Positions 12,510 to 22,785 of a stretch of 64,000 nt of DNA are shown here, in pieces. The notes beneath the pieces were generated by a model. That model was not told where the DNA came from. It saw only the letters and a program-made list of their open reading frames with translations, and searched no databases. This stretch comes from Fimbriosthenelais zetlandica (lineage: Eukaryota). How positions within the stretch are numbered: the stretch's first letter is position 1; each line of letters starts with the position of its first letter. Made by a program: the position numbers and the translations under genes. The DNA is taken from NCBI GenBank assembly GCA_977030845.1, contig OZ365116.1:22010001-22074000 (forward strand). Reading direction: 5' to 3'.

Positions 12510-14477
12510 GTAATTATACATAATTACAACTGATGTTAATCAGTAATCGATGTTTAAGACAATGCATTGGGAAGCTTTTGCTTTCTTAAGGGAGAATAAT
12601 CTGGGTGAATCACTGCCCATAATACCGACTCAAAGTAAGAAAGCGTGTATTCATTAATTTGATTATCCTTATGATTAAAAGAGCCAAGGCAGTTAAACGA
12701 TTTTCCTAATCCTGTCAGGTTTCGTTTGAAACACAATCCATGTCCCATGTCAAATGCTTTTATCTCATAAACCTCAACTGTAGAATATAATTGCCTGTTT
12801 GTGGATGATGTGAAAAAGTGGGAGGACCGGTGAATGATCAGCAATTATGGGCCAGAATAGACGAAAAGCGACTCACTGGGAGGTCATTATCTTGATATAC
12901 GCCGCTTTGTAAATTGAATAATGTATAGTTAGATATCATTAAAATTGCTGCACCTAACTTAATGTGCTCGAGGGCAGACAGACATCAGCAAATTGCACCT
13001 TGATGATTGCAACTTTTACTCCCATTTGCATTTGATAAAGTTTAGTGAAATTGACACTCGTAACCCGAAGATATCCATTTATTAATTTACAGCAGCATTA
13101 ATTCAGAAAAAGCTGCCATTTCAAATTCTAATTACAGGGATTTATTTCTGAAAGAGAGGCTGCTGAATGCTCATGGAGCATTAGAATGCAACATTTATTT
13201 TGCTGTAAAACCAAATGCTGTTTGATTTTGGAAAGCATTTCATTTTGACTGAATAGAACTTCATGCATCCATACCTTACCTTTCTCAACATAGTGTTTTG
13301 TTAGTACACGTTGTTAATGATAGCGGGCAGAAACTTAAAGGCTTGCAAATGACTCCAAATTGGTTTATAAATTTACAGCCTTTTTTATGAAGCACCGAGG
13401 AAAATCTCTTCCTTCAAAGCGAGCGAGTCCATTATTAAAAGAGTTATACTTTGTATGATGGTTGGTTGTGGGGCTTTTAATCACTGTTAGTGCATTCCCT
13501 TGTCTCCCATCCTAATAGATCAGACTCAAACAAGAATAATTACAGCTTGTTAATCCCTACCTCGCCCCTTTACCAATCCATGCTTCACTGGCACGCCTAC
13601 TCCAACACACATTACACAGCCACCCGGCCTGTGGACTTTCCTTTGCTCGTCTGATTGGAGGCTCATGTGAACCCCTGCCTCTAATCAACCATCGTTTGTT
13701 CAAGGTGCCTTCTACTAGCAACTGCTTTACCTTCTTAGATAACTCTTTGTTACTGACAGAAGACAGAATCGAGATAAGAGATACTGCATTATCTAAACAG
13801 ATCAAAAAATATCTCCCTTCCTTTTGGTTGGATTCTGTTTGAAGATCATGATTATACCCTCGTAATTGAATTCTCTCTGAAGTCATTTGACCATTTAATT
13901 TTCTCTTTTTCCCTGTATATTGAGAGAGAGAGCTAGTTTTACTGGGAGTTGCTGTAGTGGAAGATAAAGAGATGATCAAGGATGCATGGTATACCTGAAG
14001 AACAGGAACACTGCACCGAAAGAAGACATTTAACGATTAGTGGCTTCAGATGAACTTGCACTGAAGATAGCTCATACTCTCTGCTATGTTAAATAAAGCC
14101 TCAGATTTCACTGACATATCATATGAATATTTACGACAGACTTGGTGATATGATTTGTATCGAACAACAACAAACACATTGCATGTCCCTGCACCATTAG
14201 AAATAACAACCTATATCGTGTGTTGAAGCTGAATCGATGGAACTTTTCAAAATCCATCTAAATCCATGCACCCATGTCAACTATCCCTGGGCAGGCATTC
14301 AGTAGCACCCCACAGTCAATGTGCTCAGAACACATCCAGAGCAGCGAGTTGATAAATATGATTTAAACATTTGCCCCGTTGAAAACCTCATGAGACATGC
14401 AGCGGCATTCAAAATGTATGAACCAAAGGACTTCATGGACAAAGATTGGACATGTACAAAGTCTATACCTACTGAAA

Positions 14478-14492
14478 CCCCCCCCCCCCCCC
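14478..14492 (+). repeat. Poly-C tract (15 nt)
   Basis: Direct count of the run. Confidence 0.9.
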
Positions 14493-15977
14493 AATGCTGT
14501 CCTTACAAATATTAGCTCTCTTATCTTTTGAATTTTCCTGCTCGTCTTTGCATGCATTCCTTTGTTGCAGGAAGAAGGCTCATGACCAAGCTTTTTCTCC
14601 CCTCTCTTCCTCCCCACAAACACATTGACACAGAGACACAGGGACACACCTTAGCCTTTGTGTCTTTACCATGATCAAAGCAATGCTTGGCCAGGATGGG
14701 GCATGGTGGTCACATCATCTTGACAAGGCTCGCTCCGCTTGCTAGGCCTTCATTAGATTGCCTGTCAGACACAGGCATGAGACCTAATTCAATCATCAAA
14801 AGACCCCTATAATTAAACTATTGAAAGGCATCGCACAAAAAACTTCCCCGCCTTACCCAAATTTAATGTCCACAGACCTTGAAATGTCTGCGGATGCTTT
14901 CCTCAGTGGAAGGAATCTGCTCGGGGAAGAAGCTACTTTGGAAGCTTGGAAGATTGAGCAGGGGGCCCGGGTGCAAGCATAAAACACAATGGCCTCCTTC
15001 CCTGTTAAGCTCCAACTATTGATGTCCTAGTTTCCATTGAAGTTGGGACAGTTCAATAGTATGTACTTGAGGGGTTTTTTCACTTTAATGAGTATAAGAG
15101 TGGAATAGAAGATCCTTTATCAATAGTATCTTTTCATCGTGGAAATGTTCAAAGCAATGAGAATGCAGCCATCCCAAGTGCTATTCCGGGGGGATTTGCA
15201 TTTAGATTGGCCCTAGAAGGAGGAGACAATGTTTGCTTAATATTCCATGATCTCAATCAATAGGTAAAGATGGCAGAAAAGGCACTTGCTAGAAAAATTC
15301 CCTGCTTGCTCATCTATGGAAATTTGATACATACCACTGGAAGCTTTTACGTCCATTATCTCTAATGGGGAAAGTTAGGAATTATGTGAGTGTTCCTTTA
15401 AAGTTGCAGGTAAGGGTAATATAAGTACATGTATTCCTTCATATAGAAGGCTGCATCTTTTCTCAGGTACCATAAGGATGCTGTTGACCCCTACTAATTC
15501 CAGTCCATCCCTGTGTCCATTTCCACCAATTCACATCCCCACTTATCCCCAGACATAACCTCATTGTTTAGTCCGGTTTTATAGACCGGCGAGGGAGGCA
15601 GCTAAAAGGCCGACTAACATCCACTCAGCTGACCATTTGGTGGCTAACTTCTCACACCATGGGCCTCTTGCTTGATTCTTTAGCGGTGAGAGGCGGCGGG
15701 TTGGGGCGAGCACTTGGCGAGGCCTCTGCTCCCATGTTGAGCATTAGGGCACATTAGGCCAGCGTGTCGCTCGCATGCTAATGCCCGCTTGGCAACACTT
15801 TGGTTTCAATTTGAGCTCAGGGCCAGGCCTCAAGGGCGGTCATCTACATTGTCTTTGTGATTGTTAAAGTTCTCTCTGGACAGTGAGAACACAATAACAG
15901 TAACCAGGGAGGAATGATGGCATGGACAACAGGGTGGCCATCATGCAGTAATATACACTCTGATGTGTGGACTCGAA

Positions 15978-16029
15978 CTATTTTGTACCAAAACGCGGGT
16001 CGAAAAGTGACAGCATGAGTATGCTCTGC
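15978..16029 (-). CDS. Candidate second exon of the F-box-like ORF (R-QSILMLSLFDPRFGTK*)
   Basis: Strong acceptor TTTTGTTTTCTACTTTATTAG (AG at 16031-16030). It is phase-compatible with the 16308 donor (278-nt intron). ILMLSLF.PRF loosely fits the second half of the F-box consensus, and a TAG follows at 15980-15978. Confidence 0.25.
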
Positions 16030-16480
16030 CTAATAAAGTAGAAAACAAAAGCCAGCTTCCATTTGGTTTGGTTAAATACATTTTCTTCTGCAGTCTGCCT
16101 TTCTGTCGTAGCATGAAGACCCAATCGTTGAGGCAGTGAACGCTGAAGTCTCATGCAGAATAACGTTCACTCCGTGATCCATCATGGCGGACGGGATCTC
16201 GTATAATCTCAGGTCATGTGATCAATCATCGAGATCGTGATCGAAATGGCAGATTAAGGAATGCATTGTCGCTTGCTTCATAAAACCTTCCTTACATGAA
16301 GGCTTACCTTCTGGGGAAGCTATAAAATACCTTGAGTAGGATTTCTTGCGGCACTAAAACACGATCAAACTGAGATGTGAGTGAAGACATGCTAAGGTTG
16401 TCACGAATGCGCACTTCTTGAATGAGGTAAACGGCTGAGTCATTTTAAAAAAGGGGGTCAAACGGAAGTGATCTTATCTA
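15980..16480. promoter_or_regulatory. CpG-retaining promoter-like island around the F-box-like exons
   Basis: Elevated CpG; CATGGCGG, TCATGTGA, TGAGTCA (16436-16442) and CGGAAGTG (16463-16470). Confidence 0.45.
16308..16390 (-). CDS. Candidate first coding exon of an F-box-motif protein (MSSLTSQFDRVLVPQEILLKVFYSFPR+AG)
   Basis: An ATG at 16390 opens a frame reading VPQEILLKVF, which resembles the F-box start LPxEILLKIF. It ends at a strong donor AAG|GTAAGC (GT at 16307), with an alternative donor AAG|GTATTT at 16330. It lies in a CpG-retaining island with an ETS site (CGGAAGTG, 16463-16470). Confidence 0.45.
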
Positions 16481-17742
16481 GGGAGGAACATGCTTGTCAT
16501 GAATACCCGCTGATCGTCAGCAGGATAATACTGGTGGGACCCTATAGTCATGAAGGCTTGGCCACTCAATTCAATGACCTCCATCTACCGATAAAGCCAT
16601 AAATTTGGCCTGCTAAGGCTGGGCTTGCTTATCTTTATCGGAACATTACTGCTGTTCTAATCTATCCTTCTAAATTGGCAGAAATAATGAAAACGATGCA
16701 GGGGCATACTGATCATGCAACCCCCTACCACAAATGTTATTGCATTAAGGGAGAACAATAAGTCACAATGAACAAACGCAACCGAGACGTAAGGGTCGTC
16801 TAGCGTAAATAGGTGATCATTCAGGGTATCGTGATGCGGTATTATACTGCGGTCGGTTAAGACAAGCCTGCAGGAATTCAGCTATAGTCAGACTTGACTG
16901 TCCATCATTTAGCCTGCCTCGGTCCACCTGACAGCATTCTTTTTGCTGCTCCCATAAATGTTCCCCTGACCATCCACTCAGATTAAAGGTAATGCTCACC
17001 GTCCAGTCCCGAAACTTCCTTTATGGATTACTGCAATAAAACATTGAGTTGCTTGTTTAGCCTACATGAGGGAGGCTGGGTCTTTTGGCTGAGCCTGTAT
17101 GCTAATCAAGGCGAAGTGGAAGGTAACGTGTGGAATGGTCATTAATTAGCAGACATCAGAGAACAAGCTGGATCCAGGTAAGCAGAGATGAGTGGGTCAT
17201 CCTGACTGGAGAACACAAATCGCCAAGCTGCTCTTCTGTACCCAGGGTACACATGGAAAGTTATGATCATGCTCAGATACAAGATGTCAACCTTAATCAT
17301 CATCATCATCATGACAAACAGCTCCATTTGCTATACCCGTCTGCTTCCTATCGGCCTCCATAAATCTGAGGTGACCAAGGCAGGAAGGGCATGCTGTCAT
17401 TTGTAAATTATCCTGCCGCAATCAACCTGAACAATACATAATGGAATGTCCCATTGGTGGGATTACTTGGCCATATAAGTCAGCTTTCTCTTTGATGGAT
17501 CTGGACATTGTCTGGTGGAAGAGGCAGTATGTCCTACCACAGGCCTGCTTGATTTATCTACCTGTTTACACTGTTACGATGCTATGTTTTTCAGTTCGTG
17601 TCATATGGCAATTCGCTCGGTTTTAAGCAAACCTGAGCACCTCTTCCTGCAGATGTAAAAAAGGTCCTCTTCTTGGGGCTGATCTTTATTACTCTTCTTC
17701 TCCCCTTAGATTTATTTCTTCTGCAGGTTTTTTCCCCTTTCC

Positions 17743-17849
17743 CTACAGAACAGTTTTCCTGTTCTTTTGTCCAAAATCTGTCTGTTGAATTAGCCTGCTG
17801 ATGTGCTGTCGCAGGACCTGCAACAGCCTCTCACTGTCTCTATCAATAT
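17743..17849 (-). CDS. Candidate exon 2 of the same small ORF (DIDRDSERLLQVLRQHISRLIQQTDFGQKNRKTVL*)
   Basis: A long pyrimidine tract (CTTTCTCCCCCACTCTGCTCCTCCATTTCGTTTGTTGACAG) with a CTGAC branch-like motif upstream. Only the phase-1 frame stays open (the others stop after 1 and 19 codons), matching the phase of the 18774 donor; TAG at 17745-17743. Confidence 0.35.
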
Positions 17850-18639
17850 CTGTCAACAAACGAAATGGAGGAGCAGAGTGGGGGAGAAAGTGTCAGAGGT
17901 ACTGCCCGTGAAGGGTCATCGCAGGTAGACATGATTGCATTTCCTTAAGTCGCATACATCTTCATCTGTAAGTGAAGGATGGGGAGGCTGTGAAGGCACG
18001 CGGGTCAGACAAAGAATAGCTGGTGAAAATACTGAAGACACTCTGATGTTGTGCTGACATAGTCTATATGGTAGACCTCACCTCTCATTCCCTCCATCAC
18101 CTGAATCTTCTTTTCAATCGCGTAGCTTTGATATCCAAGTTTCCCGGTACATTATATTTTTAAACATAGATGTTCAGACTGAATATTGTTCGATAGTGAA
18201 GTTATTTATAACCAGCAAGAATGGTTTGATTTGTTTGACTGCCTTTTAATGGTATGCACGTCTCATTGAGTCAGCAGTAAAGATCAGAGGGTGGTTTTGG
18301 GGCTGAATCTGCAGCATTGAATAGTAAAAGCCTTCCAGACTAACGTACCAAGGTCTGGGAGTGGTCTGATTTATGATACAACCTGATATGAATCTCCACA
18401 AAACCTGGTATTGGATCGGCCATCTCAGCAGTCAGCATCCCAGAGTACTTCATCATTTTAAAAACTCAATTTTATTTGCCTTTAGATGAACTGCAATTGC
18501 TGATTTGCATTGCGGAAAGTTCAAAGGCTTTCCTCTCTGTAGTAAGGCTGTTTTAACCCTGATGCCCTTAGTGGTATACTTCAGAAAAAATGCTGTTTTC
18601 CTCTTAAGTTGTAGCATCTTGTCGGGAAGTCGGGAGAGC

Positions 18640-18975
18640 GGATCAACTGAGACCACTCAGTCCTCATAGATGTTGACATGGTGACCTGCGGCCCTGTCAT
18701 CCTCAACGTGTCCAAAACCCGACCAATTATCTCCACCCTTCCCAGCTAATAATCCATACGCAAATTTACTCACCGGCCATGCACCCCTGACCCGACACAA
18801 CCGACCGACCTTTCACCTCCTGGGTCACGCCTGGCCCCGGGCGGTCTCCGTAGCAACCCCCAGTGGCGTCACCACGTGGACTTCTCCAGCCTCTATGACC
18901 CCCGGGCTCCATGGCGAGCTTTGCAATTTGATTAGTGTGGCTCGGCACTATAGGTGGCGCACTAGAGGGTGTGTG
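18640..18975. promoter_or_regulatory. CpG island with X-box-like, E-box and CTCF-like motifs
   Basis: GTCTCCGTAGCAAC (18844-18857), CACGTG (18873-18878) and GCACTATAGGTGGCGCACTAGAGGG (about 18945-18969). Confidence 0.5.
18774..18912 (-). CDS. Candidate exon 1 of a two-exon small ORF (MEPGG...GCMA, phase 1), or a 5'UTR exon
   Basis: GCCATGG Kozak at 18912, a second ATG at 18780, and a consensus donor CCG|GTGAGT (GT at 18773), all within a CpG island. Confidence 0.35.
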
Positions 18976-21900
18976 GTTAGGCCGTGAGATGTTTGTAGGG
19001 TTTGATTGTTAGTGGGATGGAAACAGCCTATTGCCCGCTATCTTATGTTGGTTACACACATCTTGCCCAGAAGCATTGATGACTTTTCTCTTCTATATAA
19101 GGTCATTAGGTCTGCTCGCAATGTGTATGGCATAACTTTTTGTATTACTGTTTAATTTGAATACTTTTTCGGGACCAAGCTTCATCTTGGTGAACTATAC
19201 TATACTCGAAGCTTTCCAACGCTTTTATAACTTGATACAATGTGAATCTTGCTACCTTTGGCTTTGTATTTGTTGTATATAGAACTTTACAAATTATGCT
19301 GTTTATGATATAGTTTGTTTGGCAAACTGTCGGCATTATGGTAGTGTAACTTTTGTGTGAACAATATGAAGCACACAGTTTCTACCTGTATATGCATCCT
19401 CTGATTAGAGTCAAGCTTTACCACTTTTCACAGTACTAGATCATTGTCACAGCCCCCTAACGAGCAATGTCCAAAATCCCCTGTAGCAGGAGAATATGTT
19501 GCCCTGTGAGAAGTGAACGTTAGTGATGTGTCCTGCCGGCCTCATTGTGTATGACTATAGGGTCTGGCGGCTAGCTGAGTGCTAGAGTGTATGATCGCGT
19601 GATTGCCGTAGATGCGGGCACTCTACAATGAATCACATCCCCACATACTCAGAAAACACTGGCGCATTTCCTTGATGAGAATTAATGGAAAGCTGCAACA
19701 CAGGTTTGCTCGTGGAGACATCATCAATTATTCAAACCCTCATCTTGACATCGAAGAGGGGACTCATGAATATGCGACTGTGGTAGAGACCGGGCCTCCA
19801 TCGCCCACATTGATATTTATAATCATCACATTGGCCTGCTCTAATAAGTCAATCACTCACTTTACAACACAACTGTAGAGTTTTGAAACACTACGTTTGT
19901 GCATGCAACAACAGACCGAGGGTAGATGGAGTGGAGGCGAGGTTGTTCATCATGTTGTGTTGGGGAGAAAGTTTCTCCGTGAGGGGTGGAGGCTGAGGCA
20001 GGTCTATGTGTCCCATCCGTAACACTGGTCGCTTGATCACGGAGACCTTTTTGATGAAGAGTCTAATAAGACATCGCTAACTCTGTTTCCCAAGTGATTT
20101 ATTTCACTTTGGCATAACAGGTCGACTTGGGCCACTCCAGAGGCAGTCCACAGTCCAAGGCCCTGTTACCTTCTATAGGGTATCACTCAACCTGGTGGAT
20201 AAATCTTAAAAGTTAATTTTGATGGATGTGTTATGAAAAGTGTGAAAATACTTTTCAATCCAGGACTTCCTTTGAGGCAATATAATATACAAATACAAGC
20301 GTCGCCCAATCAGCATAGTCATTATCGCTATCCTCTAATATTGAGGACTTCATTGCCAGTATACAATTTATATATTACAGTAGATGAATGGGGGAGCGTG
20401 GGGGGCGCTCATCTTACATTGCTCACCATTAGATGGGTGGAGATAAGAGCGTGGTGTATAGTGAGAGGGAGAGCTATGAACATTAGTTATTATTAACGTT
20501 GATGAGGATGTGAGTGTCTGTACTGAGCTGTGAGCTGCTCTTTGTATGAGGACGATCTTCACTATTAGGATATACTGCCTCATAGATGAATAAATATGGG
20601 ATTCTGACAATCACCCATAACTATTATTGTCAATATGATGAGTACTGCCGGCGCATCGCATTTCTATAATGTTCATGGTTAGTAATGAAATGTCAGATGG
20701 TCATTGGAATTATGAATACAATTATGATATAAATATTTTGTCCTTTAGACTAAACAAATCAATATGGAAATTGTTGGAGGAGCAAGAATCACTTTGGAAG
20801 AACAGCCAATGTGCAAGGTTGGCCAGAAGGCAGAAGACTAGTCCAGCAATACGTTTACAATGGGAATAATGCGGGTCGCTTTCCACATTACCAATGCTTA
20901 TTAAGCCTATTATCATGCTTCTTAATCAGTTATTCTAGTCGGCATGGTCAGCGGAACATAATTGCTACGTGCTGTGGTCGCCTTCAAAGACATGATCCCA
21001 CGGCCGAGTGGTCAGTCAATCTCTCTCGTCACGCATGGGTGCACTGAATAATTCCTCCACGGCTCCCTGTGATCATTGCGAAGGAAGGCAAAGCCATTCC
21101 CTCCTGAGTTGTTCGGTGGAGAGAAAACTCGGCGAGCAATAAGCTGCAACTTATGGCTTCCTTATGAGATCTTATATGGTTAAATATCGAGCTTCTAAGA
21201 CGAGCAATATGACCTAGGATCAAATAACTCCCATCCCAATTTATGAGAAAGTAGACATGAAAAAAAGGTCAAATCAATTACAATGAGAGATGATTTGTAC
21301 ACCCTGTTTACCACTGAAGCTTTGTTCTAATTTCTCTTCACATAAAGCCCACAATCCTGGAGACCAAGACAAAAGCAGCTTAAGCTGCCTTCTCTTCCTG
21401 GCATCATAGTTTGACAAATGAATCCCCCAGAATGTGAAGCCCCCATGGGTCGTCACAAATTGATTAAGGAATTGCACATTGGCTTGTTAGGTTGCCACTG
21501 CTGTGGGGAAGATTGACGTCCCTGAGCACTATCTCTAATAGGACCATTGGCCGGAACTTAAGCATCAAAAGCTCTCAATGCATGTAACTTTTTGACTGGA
21601 ATGATCGCTTAAATTTGATGTGCTAGCTTTCCAGCTAGGCCTGTCAGTCTGGAGGACTGTTGGGCTGACACTGTGGGAGAAGTAGGGCTCCTTCCTTTGT
21701 GTTTTATTCATGAAGTTAAATATGTATTTCCTTACACTGGCTTGTAAGAGGGGTGGAGCAATGGCCCAGAACCTCTGAGAGGCTGTCAGTTTATCTATGA
21801 CAGTGTTAAGCCTTTACGGTGTTTGCTTGCACAACTTAATTCCCTTCTCGAGCTTTTTGACTCGTGTCATAATTCCTCGTTATTCACATTGCTGCTCCGG

Positions 21901-22709
21901 GCCATGGTCTTCACGGGGTATTAGCGGCCCTCAAAGCGCCACACAAAGGCCTATTGTCATGTGGTTTTGAGAGGAAGGGAACGAGAAGAGAAAGAGGCGA
22001 TGGAGAGAGGACCAAGATTGACATGCTCTAGAGGATGTGTTCAGGCCTCCTAGTTACAGACTTCCGGAAGTGCCTAGAAGAAATGACATCTAATGACAAA
22101 TGTAGTTATTAAACAGGTTCCAACTCTGTGATCAAACTAGATGCTGTTTGTCATTAGCCTCTGAAAAACTCGAGTGTTTCTGGATTGCATCTAAGGTCTA
22201 GTGGTGAAGTGAAAAGGCTTGTTTTTGAAGTCAGTGCATGATTGGGCTTTGGAGCATTGGTGGAAAATTCCAGCAAAATTGAGATGAATTTGTATAACGA
22301 TATAAGCATTGTATAAAGGAAGGTTGATTGTGCCATAATACAATGCATTGGTCCAGTGAACATCTTATGAGATCTTGTGTAACGTTTCAATGTCCTGGAA
22401 ATGCATACCGCATGAAATAGCTTTTATGGGATTGGCTAAATGACACATGACCCCCTGCTGACCTGACTAGATGAGTATTTTAGAACTAATCAAGTCAGAT
22501 TGGCATGGCCTTGACATTCTTATACTCTCTAAATCTCAGCCTATCCTCATAATTGGTGACACCATTAGGTGGGGAAGAAATCATTGATTGCATTGAAGGC
22601 TTCACGGCTCATTGACCTCAGACCTAGGGTCCAATGACCTTTCGGGGCATCCGGCCTATTACTGCAGCCTTGACACGCGTCTGACTCACGCCCTTCATAC
22701 TCATTCCCT

Positions 22710-22785
22710 CCTCACTCACCCAGCCTCACTCACCCACCCACCCCCTCACTCACCCACCCACCCACCCACCCACCCATTCACTCAT
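22710..22785 (+). repeat. (CACC/CACT)n low-complexity microsatellite
   Basis: CTCACTCACCCA...CACCCACCCACCCACCCACC run. Confidence 0.9.

Noticed and set aside
13557-13979. 140-aa minus ORF with several possible acceptors and an LCNVCW motif
   Set aside because: No exon combination gave a phase-consistent continuation of the F-box-like exon.
14050-14190. Minus frame HQVCRKYSYDMS resembling the end of an F-box
   Set aside because: No splice acceptor in the required position or phase.
14300-14480. + frame DLNICPVENLMRH resembling the CPV motif of DIRS/Crypton tyrosine recombinases
   Set aside because: No other recombinase catalytic motifs and no element termini nearby.
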